Source: Thermoplasmata archaeon (GTDB lineage Archaea > Thermoplasmatota > Thermoplasmata > RBG-16-68-12). Taken from it: a stretch of DNA of 64,000 nt. The notes beneath the pieces were generated by a model. It searched no databases. It worked only from the letters and a program-made list of their open reading frames with translations, and was not told the origin of the DNA. The stretch is from contig DASPZJ010000050.1 in the NCBI GenBank assembly GCA_035636315.1, forward strand, positions 34,831 to 98,830, given 5' to 3'. A program made the position numbers and the translations under genes. Below are positions 1 to 8,468 of this stretch, one piece after another. Position 1 is the stretch's first letter. Each line of letters starts with the position of its first letter.

Positions 1-516
1 GCTGAGCACGACGCGGACGGCGCGGCGCGAGCGGCCGAGGGCGTCGAACAAGAGCCGCAAGATTTCGGGAGCGACCGGAAAGGGACTCACACAGAGGATC
101 TGGCGGCCGCTCGAGAGGACGACCTCCCGCAGCTTGCGCCCGATCGACTCCGCGCCCTTATAGATCCAGAGATCCGTGTCCGCCTCACGGCCCTTGGCGA
201 CCGGCGTCTCTCGGAGGCTGCCAACGACCTCGGCGGCGGACTCGAGATTGTCCCCTCGCGCCTGACGGGCCTCCTCCGCAACGATTCGCGGTGCGCGTGC
301 CCGATAGCGGTTCGGCCGGTCCTGGGAGACCTCGACCCATCCTTTCGACTGGAGCGACTGCAAGATGCGGTAGACGGCGGGATACTGAACCCCGAGGCGC
401 ACGCTCACCTGTTGCGCCGTCGTCACGCCACTCCGTAGGAGGCCGAGATACGCCCGCGCCTCCTTGCCCGTCAGCCCGAGCGTCTCCAAGGCCCGGGACG
501 CGTCCTCCTCCGGCAT
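1..516 (-). CDS. TrmB-family HTH transcriptional regulator (C-terminally truncated by window edge)
   Basis: Minus-strand frame from ATG at 516 reads MPEEDASRALETLGLTGKEARAYLGLLRSGVTTAQQVSVRLGVQYPAVYRILQSLQSKGWVEV... (winged HTH of TrmB N-domain) and continues without stop to position 1. Absent from the ORF track because it has no in-window stop. Confidence 0.55.
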   Translation of the reverse strand, partial: MPEEDASRALETLGLTGKEARAYLGLLRSGVTTAQQVSVRLGVQYPAVYRILQSLQSKGWVEVSQDRPNRYRARAPRIVAEEARQARGDNLESAAEVVGSLRETPVAKGREADTDLWIYKGAESIGRKLREVVLSSGRQILCVSPFPVAPEILRLLFDALGRSRRAVRVVLS

Positions 517-648
517 CGAGTCGGCAAGTGCCCGCCGCTACTAAAGGCTGTGCGCGTTATCAGCGCCGCGCTGATAACCCGAACCGGACCGTCGCCGTTC
601 ACGCGAACCGCTTATCTATCGAGAGACGGTTCCTCATCGGGGAGAACC

Positions 649-1545
649 GTGAAGCGAGTCTCGTTCGAGGATGGCGTCATCTACTCGTTCCGGCCGGACC
701 TTGAGCCGATTGCGACCGCGCGATCCGGCGAAACGATCGAGTTCGTGTGCCAAGACGCCTGCGGCGGCCTCATCCGTTCGGAGAGGGACACCCTGGAATC
801 GCTCGACCTGGACCGCGTGAACGGAGCGACGGGACCCGTGCGAGTGATGGGCTCTCGCCCAGGGGACGCGCTCCGCGTGCTCATCCGCGGCATTCGGGTC
901 GCCGCAGCAGGGTTCCAGTCGATCGCGCCGAAGGTCGGCGTCCTCGGAGACGAAGTCTCGAGGCCGTCGACGAAGATCATCCCTATTCGCGACGGCAAGG
1001 CGGTGTTCTCGAAGTCCATTCGCCTCCCAATCCATCCCCACGTGGGCACAATCGGCGTCGCGCCGAACGAGGGGAGCTGGACGACCTTCTACCCCGGAGA
1101 CCACGGCGGCAACCTCGACACGAAGGAAATCGCGAAAGGCAACGCGGTCTACTTGCCCGTCTTCCAGCCCGGGGTACAGCTGGCGATGGGCGACATCCAC
1201 GCTCTCATGGCGGATGGAGAGGTGTGCGTGACGGGGCTCGAGATCGCCGGGACGATCCGCGCCCAAGTCGACGTCGTACGCGGCGTGCGCATCGAGCGCC
1301 CGGTCGTCGAGACGACGGATGCCTGGATCGCAGTCGCGAGCGCGCCGACGCTCGACGAGGCCGCAAGGCTCGCGACCCATGACGGTGTGGCCCTTCTCGC
1401 TCGGGGCGCGAGGCTCCCCTGGGACGAAGCGTACATGCTCGCGAGCATCGCCTGCGATCTGCGCATTAGCCAAGACGTGGACCCTTGGCGGACCGCGAAG
1501 CTCGTGATCCCGAAGTCCTTGATGCGACGCCTTCCGCCCCGGTGA
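649..1545 (+). CDS. acetamidase/formamidase (FmdA/AmdA family)
   Basis: ORF 550..1545. Likely GTG start at 649 (VKRVSFEDGVIYSF...), ~298 aa, typical family length. Contains metal-binding His/Asp-rich core motifs of the formamidase family. Confidence 0.65.
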   Translation: MKRVSFEDGVIYSFRPDLEPIATARSGETIEFVCQDACGGLIRSERDTLESLDLDRVNGATGPVRVMGSRPGDALRVLIRGIRVAAAGFQSIAPKVGVLGDEVSRPSTKIIPIRDGKAVFSKSIRLPIHPHVGTIGVAPNEGSWTTFYPGDHGGNLDTKEIAKGNAVYLPVFQPGVQLAMGDIHALMADGEVCVTGLEIAGTIRAQVDVVRGVRIERPVVETTDAWIAVASAPTLDEAARLATHDGVALLARGARLPWDEAYMLASIACDLRISQDVDPWRTAKLVIPKSLMRRLPPR

Positions 1546-1655
1546 AGCAGCGAACCGGAAGGAGCCCGCAAAGCCTTATTAAGGGCACGCTCTTTCGCCG
1601 GCTTCTCCGTGCAGGAGGCTCTCGCGGCCGCGCGCACTGCAGGAGGCGATTCCCC

Positions 1656-2294
1656 TTGGCGGACAAGCATTCGGTCGAGACGATCAAGAAGCTCCTCGAG
1701 GCCGCGAAGCCCCGGGAGTTCAAGGAGTCCGTCGAGGTCGCGGTGAACCTGCGCGAAGTCGACCTTTCCGTCCCCAAGAACCGCCTCGATGAGGAGGTCG
1801 TGTTGCCGAGGGGCCGAGGCAAGCCCATCCGCGTGTGCGTCTTTGCCTCGGGGGACCTCGCCTTGAAGGCGCGTGCCGTCGCCGATCTCGTCATCCAGCC
1901 GCAGGAGATCGAAGAGTACGCGAGCGACAAGCGCAAGGCGCGGGAGCTCGCGATGTCGTACGATTTCTTCGTCGCGGAGGCCCCCCTGATGCCGGTCATC
2001 GGGAAGCGACTCGGCGTCGTCCTGGGACCTCGGGGTCGGATGCCTCGGCCCGTGCCACCGACGGCGGATCCGACGAACCTGATCACGTCGATGCGCAACA
2101 CGATCCGCGTACGCAGTCGGGACAAGCGGACGTTCCACGCAGCGATCGGCACACGCGACATGCCCCCGGAGGACCTCGCGGAAAACCTTGATGCGCTCAT
2201 GCGTCGCGTCGTCGGCAAGCTCGAGCGCGGGCGATTCAACATCCAGTCGGCCTACGTCAAGACGACGATGGGCCCGGCTGTGAGGTACCTGTGA
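1656..2294 (+). CDS. rpl1: 50S ribosomal protein L1
   Basis: Translation ...KHSVETIKKLLEAAKPREFKESVEVAVNLREVDLSVPKNRLDEEVVLPRGRGK... is canonical archaeal L1. Probable TTG start at 1656 preceded by AGGAGG (1641-1646). ORF-track start 1485 adds a non-conserved extension. Lies in the L1-P0-L12 order. Confidence 0.85.
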   Translation: MADKHSVETIKKLLEAAKPREFKESVEVAVNLREVDLSVPKNRLDEEVVLPRGRGKPIRVCVFASGDLALKARAVADLVIQPQEIEEYASDKRKARELAMSYDFFVAEAPLMPVIGKRLGVVLGPRGRMPRPVPPTADPTNLITSMRNTIRVRSRDKRTFHAAIGTRDMPPEDLAENLDALMRRVVGKLERGRFNIQSAYVKTTMGPAVRYL

Positions 2295-2297
2295 GGT

Positions 2298-3188
2298 GTG
2301 ACGATGCCCCACGTCGCTCCGTACAAGAAGCAGGTCGTCGAGGACCTCGCCTCTCGCTTCGCCCAGGCGCGCGTCGTCGGGATCGCGAACATCCATGGGA
2401 TCCCCGCGCCGCAGTTCCAAGCGATTCGGAGGAAACTTTCGGGCCGCGCCTCGATCACGGTCGCGAAGAACAATCTGCTCCGCCTCGCTCTCCAAGAGGC
2501 GAGCGCGAAGAAACCGGACCTCGCGAAGCTCGGCGAGACGATTGAGGGGCAGACCGCCGTCGTGACGGCGGACATCAACCCGTTCAAACTGTTCAAGGAA
2601 CTCGAAGCGACGAAGACGAAGGCGCCCGCCCGCGGCGGCGAGATCGCGCCGGAGGACCTGTGGGTCCGCGCCGGCGAGACCCCGTTCAAGCCGGGGCCGG
2701 TCGTCGGCGAGCTGCAGAAGGCGGGCATCCCGGCGGCGATCGAGCGAGGGAAGGTCGTCCTCCGACAGGACAAGCTGATGGTCAAGGCCGGAGACCGGAT
2801 CCCGCGAGAGGTCGCGCAGCAGCTCGCCCGTCTCGAGATCTTCCCGCTCGTCGTCGGGCTCGATCTCCGCGGCGCTTACGAGAACGGTGTCGTGTTCCGA
2901 CGCGACGCGCTCGCGATCGACGACGCGGTGGTCCGGGCCCAGATCGCCCAGGCGGGTCGGGCGGCGCTGGCCCTCGCCCTCGAGATCGCGTACCCCGCGA
3001 AGGACACGATCGGCCCGCTCCTGGCGAAGGCCCATGAGGAGGCGCTCCGCCTCGCGATCGCGTCGGAGTTCCCGACGAAAGAATCGATCAAGTTCCTCTT
3101 GACGAAAGCCCACGCGCAAATGCTCGCCCTCGCGGCTCGCGCACCCGGCGCGGCCGATGACGAGCTTCGTGCGATGGTTGGAGGATGA
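2298..3188 (+). CDS. rplP0: 50S ribosomal protein P0 (L10e)
   Basis: [47 protein letters not shown]... matches archaeal acidic ribosomal stalk protein P0. Sits between L1 and L12. Ends [12 protein letters not shown] without the usual long acidic tail. Confidence 0.85.
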   Translation: MTMPHVAPYKKQVVEDLASRFAQARVVGIANIHGIPAPQFQAIRRKLSGRASITVAKNNLLRLALQEASAKKPDLAKLGETIEGQTAVVTADINPFKLFKELEATKTKAPARGGEIAPEDLWVRAGETPFKPGPVVGELQKAGIPAAIERGKVVLRQDKLMVKAGDRIPREVAQQLARLEIFPLVVGLDLRGAYENGVVFRRDALAIDDAVVRAQIAQAGRAALALALEIAYPAKDTIGPLLAKAHEEALRLAIASEFPTKESIKFLLTKAHAQMLALAARAPGAADDELRAMVGG

Positions 3189-3210
3189 AACCGGACAGGA
3201 GGTGACACGA

Positions 3211-3519
3211 ATGGAATATGTCTACGGGGCGTTGGTCCTGCACGCGGCCGGCAAGCCGGTGAGCGAGGAGAACCTGAAGAAGGTCCTCACGGCCGCCGGT
3301 GTGAAGGTCGATGAGACGCGTGTGAAGGCCCTGACCGCCGCGCTGGAGGGCGTCAACATCGACGAGGCTCTGAAGGCCGCCGTCGCGATGCCTGCCGCCG
3401 CTCCGGTTGCCGCGCCCGCCGCGGAGAAGAAGGACGAGAAGAAGAAAGAAGAGAAGAAGGAAGAGGAGAAAGTCTCCGAGGAAGAAGCGGCCGCGGGACT
3501 CGGTGCGCTCTTCGGCTAG
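3211..3519 (+). CDS. rpl12: 50S ribosomal protein L12 (P1 stalk protein)
   Basis: [54 protein letters not shown]...[23 protein letters not shown]. Canonical archaeal L12 with Ala/Pro hinge and acidic tail. GGAGGTGA RBS 7 nt upstream of the ATG at 3211. Confidence 0.9.
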   Translation: MEYVYGALVLHAAGKPVSEENLKKVLTAAGVKVDETRVKALTAALEGVNIDEALKAAVAMPAAAPVAAPAAEKKDEKKKEEKKEEEKVSEEEAAAGLGALFG

Positions 3520-3572
3520 GCCGAAGGCCACCGTCGGTCCCAATCGGCGAGCGTGAGCGCGGGTGCTCGATC

Positions 3573-3893
3573 TCAGGCCGCGCCTTTCTTCGCGGCCGCC
3601 TGCGCGCGCTTGCCTCGTTCCTTCGCGGTGTAGCCCGTCGCCTTCTCGAGGAACCCGTTGAAGGCCTTGATCGTGTCCGTCGCGACGTGGTCCGGTACGC
3701 CGGGTTTCATCGTCGTATCGACGAAGAGCCGCTTGCCGTCGGTCCAGGCCACGAGTTTCTCGAGGGCGCCGTACGAGACGATCACCTTGCCGCCGTCCGT
3801 CCCCGCGTCCCCGAACTCGCCGATGGCGATCCGGTGCAGGCCGTCGCCTTCGAGCTCCTTCGCAACGCCTCGACGCAGCTCGTAGTCGCGCAT
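3573..3893 (-). CDS. hypothetical protein (106 aa)
   Basis: Clean ORF with non-repetitive composition (RIAIGEFGDAGTDGGKVIVSYGALEKLVAWTDGKRLFVDTTMKPG...). I recognise no family. Confidence 0.35.
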   Translation of the reverse strand: MRDYELRRGVAKELEGDGLHRIAIGEFGDAGTDGGKVIVSYGALEKLVAWTDGKRLFVDTTMKPGVPDHVATDTIKAFNGFLEKATGYTAKERGKRAQAAAKKGAA

Positions 3894-3926
3894 CGGGGTG
3901 ATGGAGCTTCGCGGGTCGTATGAACG

Positions 3927-4943
3927 TTACGCCTCGAGAATCGCAAGCGGATCGGCCGGCGTGAGCATGAACGCCTGCGCGTCCCGATACGCGCGCCAGA
4001 CGTCCTGGCAGGAGCACGAAAGGTCCCGGAAGTCGCGTCGCAGGCCGAGGGAGAACTCCTCGATCGCCTTCACGACGGCGCGGTCGCAGGAACGGCAGTT
4101 GTGGGCTCCGCGGGCCATCCCGCCCGCTGTCGGATGGCTCTTCACGTGCGCCTTCAGATCCTGCGTACGCTCCAGGACCTCGACGACGGACCACAGCCAT
4201 GGGGGCCGGTACTCGCCCCGCCGGAACAAACGGTCGACGATCGTTCGGCTCTGCACGTTGACCGGGTTGAAGGAGATCGTGTCGCTCTGCGCGTCCGCGT
4301 CGTGGCCGGATCGGACCGCGTCGTCGATCGCCTCCGATTCCGTGAGGAAGGGGGGCTTGATGAGCAGGTACGTCTTGATCGTCGCGCCGGCATCGCGCGC
4401 GAGCGCGGCCGCCCGCGCGTGTTCCTTGAGACCCCACACCTTGTTGACGGCATGCTTTAGCACGCGCTCGTCCGTCGACTCGAGGCCGAGGGCGATCTCC
4501 AGCTCATCGACGAAGCCCAGGGCGTGCTCCAACTGGTCCTTGCGCAGCAGGTGGGAGAGCGTCTCGACGATCACCTTGTCGCAGCGATCCCCGAGCTCCC
4601 TCAAGATCCGCGCGCGGACATCTGGCGGCACTTCGTGATCGTCGAAGAAGTTCCCCGAGGTGTACACCTTCACCATCGGCTGGCTCTCGTGCTTCCGAAG
4701 GACGACGTCGAGCTGGTGCAGCATATCCGCCGGCGCGACCTCCTGTGCGACGTCGTTCACATAGCCGCACATCGAGCATCCACTCGCCCGCGCCCAGTAG
4801 CAGCCCCGGGTGCGGAAGATGATGACCCAGGCGTCGACGACCTTCCCATGAAGGAGGTCTTTCTCCGTCCACGTCGAGATGTACTCCCTCGGGTCGAACT
4901 CCCGCGGACGTCGCTCGTCCTTCACGGCTTCTTGGAGGCGCAT
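3927..4943 (-). CDS. radical SAM superfamily protein, archaeal TIGR01210-like (possible archaeosine-pathway RaSEA-type enzyme)
   Basis: ORF 3927..5075. First 44 aa are low-complexity, so the start is probably M at 4943 (MRLQEAVKDE...). Contains RTRGCYWARASGCSMCGY (Cys triad with CX7CX2C spacing). Family assignment is from recollection of archaeal radical SAM families and is tentative. Confidence 0.5.
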   Translation of the reverse strand: MRLQEAVKDERRPREFDPREYISTWTEKDLLHGKVVDAWVIIFRTRGCYWARASGCSMCGYVNDVAQEVAPADMLHQLDVVLRKHESQPMVKVYTSGNFFDDHEVPPDVRARILRELGDRCDKVIVETLSHLLRKDQLEHALGFVDELEIALGLESTDERVLKHAVNKVWGLKEHARAAALARDAGATIKTYLLIKPPFLTESEAIDDAVRSGHDADAQSDTISFNPVNVQSRTIVDRLFRRGEYRPPWLWSVVEVLERTQDLKAHVKSHPTAGGMARGAHNCRSCDRAVVKAIEEFSLGLRRDFRDLSCSCQDVWRAYRDAQAFMLTPADPLAILEA

Positions 4944-4986
4944 GGAAGGCGGTTCGAACGTCGGGGGATGGGAAAACCTTTGCGGC

Positions 4987-6420
4987 TCACCGACGGTCCC
5001 GGACGGACGAGAGGCCAAGGATCGCTCCCCCGGCCACGAAGACGAACGCGAAGAAACGCAAGCCCCATGCGACATCGGGGGTGAGGACGACGCCCGTCTT
5101 GAACGTCAAGACCGCCGGGAGGTCAACCAGGGCCTCGTAGAGGACGAACAGCACGAGGCCGAGCGCGGCCAGTCCGATTCCGCTCCCCGGGCTTCGATGC
5201 CGATGCACCACCACGGCGGCGGGCTGGTAGACGGCGGGCCGGACCGCTCGTTCCGCCGTCACGGTCGCGGCGACCGGCATCGCCGCCCGTGCCGGCCGCG
5301 GGAGGTCCGCGGGTGCGTATCGACGGCACGAGTCGCACCACCATCGTTCGTATCGATCGATCCAGCGAAGGGTCGCGCCGCAGTTGGGGCAGGCGTTCTT
5401 CGCGCGCGCGACGGGCGAGTACGCACGGCAGGAGTAGCAATACCAGCGGTTGTACTGGGGGATGTAGGTGAGCTCGCGGCTGCATGTGGGGCACGGGTGC
5501 TCGACCTTCGGAATCTCGCGGACGGTGGGCGTCTCTTGGACGATGACCACGGGCTCCGCCGGACGGGCCGTCTCGGAGACCGGGGTTTCGACGATGACTT
5601 CCGGAGCGGCGGTCGTCACGGGAGCAACGGGCTCGGGGCTCTCTTCCGCGGCCGTCTCGATCGGTTCCTCCTGGGACGGTTCCTCCGACACCGGCGATTC
5701 GAAGACCAGATCGGACTCCTCGGCGACTTGGGGGATTTGCTCCGGGGCTTCGATCTCGGATTCCACGGTCGGCTCGTCCTCGGGATGGACTTCTTCCTCC
5801 ACTTCCTTTGACTCCGGCTCGAGTTCGTCGAGATAGCTCAGGAGTCTTCCACGGAGCTGCTCCTTCGTCCCGGTCGGGTCGAGTCCGTACGCCTTGCACA
5901 GCTCGATGAGCACGGGCTTCTTCGCTTGCCAGATCGACCTTCGCACCAGGGGTGGTTTTGATGAGGCCTCTCCGTCTGTCGGGACCTCCTCCGCTGTCGG
6001 CTCCGCAGGTGCCGAGGAAGGCTCCGTCGCGGGCTCGGTCGCAGGCTCCGGAGCGGGCTCGGTCGGTCCTTCGCTGGTCGTTTCGAGGACCGCACGCGGG
6101 ACTTCCTCAGGCTTCGAAGGCTCCTGGACAACGGCCTGATCGGACGGGTCGGCTTCAACCGCGGGCGCGATAACGGCTGGGTCGGGTTCCTGCTTCTCGG
6201 CCACCACTTCTTCGGGAGGGTAGGCGTTGCATCGGTAGCAGTAGTATCGTTCGTACGCCACGATGTACGACAGGACGCCGCCGCACGTGGGGCACGCCTT
6301 CGCACCGCGATCCCCGTACCCCTCGGGCGCGTACCGACCGCACGAGTAGCAATAGTACCGGTTGTACTGCTCGAGGAACGAGGTCTCGCTACCGCAGTTT
6401 GGACAAGGAAGGCCCGTCAA
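4987..6420 (-). CDS. membrane-anchored protein with four tandem zinc-ribbon modules, a SAP-like motif, Pro/Glu-rich linkers and C-terminal TM helices
   Basis: Four repeats of the form CP(N/T)CG...Y(I/L)xxY(N/E)R(Y/W)YCYxCxxY(A/S/P)P at residues ~5, ~42, ~303 and ~340. Contains KPVLIELCKAYGLDPTGTKEQLRGRLLSYL (SAP-like). Long Pro/Glu/Thr-rich acidic segments. C-terminal hydrophobic helices (GIGLAALGLVLFVLY..., FFAFVFVAGGAILGL). Confidence 0.6.
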   Translation of the reverse strand: MTGLPCPNCGSETSFLEQYNRYYCYSCGRYAPEGYGDRGAKACPTCGGVLSYIVAYERYYCYRCNAYPPEEVVAEKQEPDPAVIAPAVEADPSDQAVVQEPSKPEEVPRAVLETTSEGPTEPAPEPATEPATEPSSAPAEPTAEEVPTDGEASSKPPLVRRSIWQAKKPVLIELCKAYGLDPTGTKEQLRGRLLSYLDELEPESKEVEEEVHPEDEPTVESEIEAPEQIPQVAEESDLVFESPVSEEPSQEEPIETAAEESPEPVAPVTTAAPEVIVETPVSETARPAEPVVIVQETPTVREIPKVEHPCPTCSRELTYIPQYNRWYCYSCRAYSPVARAKNACPNCGATLRWIDRYERWWCDSCRRYAPADLPRPARAAMPVAATVTAERAVRPAVYQPAAVVVHRHRSPGSGIGLAALGLVLFVLYEALVDLPAVLTFKTGVVLTPDVAWGLRFFAFVFVAGGAILGLSSVRDRR

Positions 6421-6520
6421 GCAACCGTGCGGAGGCCGGGTGGCGCGAATAAAGGCTCTTCCGTGATTTTAGGAAATGATACTCTTCGCACCGCGCTCGG
6501 CCGAATCGCGCGCGAAAACG

Positions 6521-6528
6521 CTTTTACA
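6521..6528 (+). promoter_or_regulatory. TATA-like box (CTTTTACA) ~25 nt upstream of tRNA-Thr
   Basis: A/T-rich octamer in otherwise GC-rich DNA at the expected archaeal TATA position relative to the tRNA 5' end. Confidence 0.3.
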
Positions 6529-6552
6529 CGAAAGCGCCGATGGGCTCGCCGC

Positions 6553-6625
6553 GCCACCATAGCTCAGTCGGTAGAGCAGCCGCCTTGTAAGCGGCAGGTC
6601 GGGAGTTCAATTCTCCCTGGTGGCT
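6553..6625 (+). tRNA. tRNA-Thr (anticodon UGU)
   Basis: Manual fold: acceptor GCCACCA/TGGTGGC; D-arm GCTC-AGTCGGTAG-AGC; anticodon stem GCCGC/GCGGC with loop CTTGTAA (anticodon TGT); variable loop AGGTC; T-arm GGGAG-TTCAATT-CTCCC; discriminator T. No encoded CCA. Falls inside the spurious ORF 6427..7080. Confidence 0.85.
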
Positions 6626-7089
6626 TCCGACTTCCGTTCATCATGGAAGCCTCTTGCGCCCTCCCGTTCGAGCAGGAATCCCGCCTTGTTGCGGCTCCGG
6701 GGGATCTCCTCGAAGGTGACGTCGAGTTGCGCGGCCAGCGATTTGGACTCCGAGTTCAGGGCCCGAAGGTGGTCCGCCTTGACGCGGTAGCGCCCCTTCA
6801 TCTGTCGGATGACCAGCTGCGAGTCCCCATGGATCGCGTAGGCTCCTCTCCGGCCGGTCTCCGATTCGATCTCGCGAAGCCTTCGCAAAAGGGAGATCAG
6901 GCCGGCGTACTCCGCGATGTTGTTGCTCCTCAGGGGCCCCCTAGCGGTATCGAGATCCGGCACATCCCTCACATGTTCGTGCCCGCCGATGACGTAGGCA
7001 GCCCGCATCGGTCCTTTCTTCTCGAGCTGATTCCCGGGACACGCTCCGTCGAAGAAACATTCGGTGCGGACGGAGTGTGACAGCGCCAT
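6607..7089 (-). CDS. rnhA: ribonuclease HI (RNase H type 1)
   Basis: MALSHSVRTECFFDGACPGNQ...AYVIGG...NNIAEYAGLISLLRRLREIE...IHGDSQLVIRQMKGRYRVKADHLRAL...VTFEEIPRSRNKAGF. Carries the DGA...E...D...N catalytic pattern of RNase H1. Stop overlaps the 3' end of tRNA-Thr on the opposite strand by ~18 nt. Confidence 0.7.
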   Translation of the reverse strand: MALSHSVRTECFFDGACPGNQLEKKGPMRAAYVIGGHEHVRDVPDLDTARGPLRSNNIAEYAGLISLLRRLREIESETGRRGAYAIHGDSQLVIRQMKGRYRVKADHLRALNSESKSLAAQLDVTFEEIPRSRNKAGFLLEREGARGFHDERKSEATREN

Positions 7090-7498
7090 TCGGCATTGGC
7101 GGTACACTGCCTCGCACTTTGAGACTTCCTTTGCCGTGCGCCGGATTCCTGTGTCTGACTCCGCCGTCCGATAATCGCGCGAAAAGTGTTACGTACCTCG
7201 TCTTGTCGTATACCGTCTCGGCCGGTTGCGATGCGCCTGTTCCGCTCTCGTCGGTCAAAGATTGCCTCCGAAGGCGAGCCGGATCCTCATCGGATCCTCA
7301 CCGAGTACGTCCTGCACATGTCGATCACGTGCCTCGGCGACGAGGACGTGACGCCCCTCTATGAGGAGTACATCAAAGACTCGCGGCTCGGTCGATCGGA
7401 GCGTGAGGAGCTGACCCAGGTCTACCGCAGCCTCCTGCCGAGGTCGTCGTCCGGGCTCTCGGCGCGGTAGAGCGTTTCGTCCACCTGCGGTCCGCGTC

Positions 7499-7621
7499 TC
7501 AGCAGCACGCTTGGCTGACGTCGCGCGTCTCAGCAGAGCCCGCGCAGCATCCGCAGCCGCAGCAGCAGGGCCCGCAGCAGCAACAGGTGGTCGCATCAGA
7601 GGTCTTCGGTTGTGCGTTCAT
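7499..7621 (-). CDS. 40-aa cysteine-rich peptide (12 Cys) encoded by a GCA/TGC trinucleotide repeat
   Basis: Minus-strand ATG at 7621 preceded by GGGGGAG 8 nt upstream. Translation MNAQPKTSDATTCCCCGPCCCGCGCCAGSAETRDVSQACC, stop TGA. Coding status uncertain because the DNA is a (GCAGCA)n-type repeat. Not in the ORF track as a discrete ORF. Confidence 0.35.
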   Translation of the reverse strand: MNAQPKTSDATTCCCCGPCCCGCGCCAGSAETRDVSQACC

Positions 7622-7653
7622 GTTAGCTACTCCCCCAGAGTAGTAGTCAAGTT

Positions 7654-7662
7654 CATATACTC
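7654..7662. promoter_or_regulatory. TATA-like element (TTCATATAC) in the 60-bp divergent intergenic region between the Cys-rich peptide and the TrmB regulator
   Basis: Only AT-rich stretch between ATG(-) 7621 and ATG(+) 7683. Lies ~25 nt upstream of the + strand start, consistent with a leaderless archaeal promoter. Confidence 0.35.
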
Positions 7663-7682
7663 TCCCTACCTCCGCCTCCCAG

Positions 7683-8468
7683 ATGGCAGAAGCCCGCCTG
7701 CGCGCGAATGCGCTACTGCAGGAAGCGCTGGGTCCCGCGCTGGAGCGGGTCGGAGGCACGCTGCGTGACCTCGGCCTCAGCGGGAACGCGGCGAAGGTGT
7801 TCTGCGCCCTCGTGCGGACGAGCCGCGGGACCGCGAGCGAGTTGGTCTTGAAGACGGGCATCCCGGATTCGAAGATCTACTACGCGCTCGACGAACTCGC
7901 GGAAAAAGGCCTGGTCGAAGTTCAGGACGGGAAGCCGAAAGTGTATCGAGTCGTCACTCCAAAAGAAGTCGAAATCCGCCTCGCCCGGATCGCCGAGGAG
8001 GACTATGAGCGCCGCCGCGCGTCGACGGCCCGCTTGCGGTCGATCCTCGAGCCTCTCGGTGTCGCGACCGCGTCGCCCGCCACGGATATCGCCTATATCG
8101 TCAAGGGGCTGCCCAACGTCGTCTCCCGCGCGCGAGGACTGATTTCCTCCGCGCGGAAGGAGATCGTCTTGCTGGCCTCGGACGAGTCGCTCTTCCGGAA
8201 ACTGGAGGGCGATTTGGTCAAGGCGACGAAGCGTCGCGTGCGTCTCAAGCTCGCGCTTCCGGCCATCCCCGTCGAGAAAGAACTGGAAAAGGTCGCCGAT
8301 GTCCGCTCGATCGTCTGCGACTGCATGCTACTCGTGGTCGACGGCCAGCAGGTCCTGACGGTGACCCGCACATCCGACGCCGAAGCGTACGCGATCACGT
8401 CGACGGACCGGACCCTCGTCCGCATGGGTCTTGAGTACTGGGAGAGCCCCCGTTGCTGCGCGGTGTGA
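7683..8468 (+). CDS. TrmB-family transcriptional regulator
   Basis: N-terminal wHTH (AKVFCALVRTSRGTASELVLKTGIPDSKIYYALDELAEKGLVEVQDGKPKVYRVV) followed by a TrmB-type C-terminal domain. 261 aa. Confidence 0.7.
   Translation: MAEARLRANALLQEALGPALERVGGTLRDLGLSGNAAKVFCALVRTSRGTASELVLKTGIPDSKIYYALDELAEKGLVEVQDGKPKVYRVVTPKEVEIRLARIAEEDYERRRASTARLRSILEPLGVATASPATDIAYIVKGLPNVVSRARGLISSARKEIVLLASDESLFRKLEGDLVKATKRRVRLKLALPAIPVEKELEKVADVRSIVCDCMLLVVDGQQVLTVTRTSDAEAYAITSTDRTLVRMGLEYWESPRCCAV

Noticed and set aside
3088-4437. 449-aa minus-strand ORF overlapping L12, the 106-aa hypothetical and the TIGR01210-like gene
   Set aside because: Arg/Gly-rich junk. Conflicts with three better-supported genes.
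6427-7080. 217-aa plus-strand ORF
   Set aside because: Reads straight through tRNA-Thr and is antisense to RNase HI. Artefact.
7186-7470. 94-aa plus-strand ORF in the 7108-7498 intergenic region
   Set aside because: No RBS or TATA at sensible spacing, no recognisable family, composition intermediate. Left unannotated, though a small protein (…MSITCLGDEDVTPLYEEYIKDSRLGRSEREELTQVY…) cannot be excluded.
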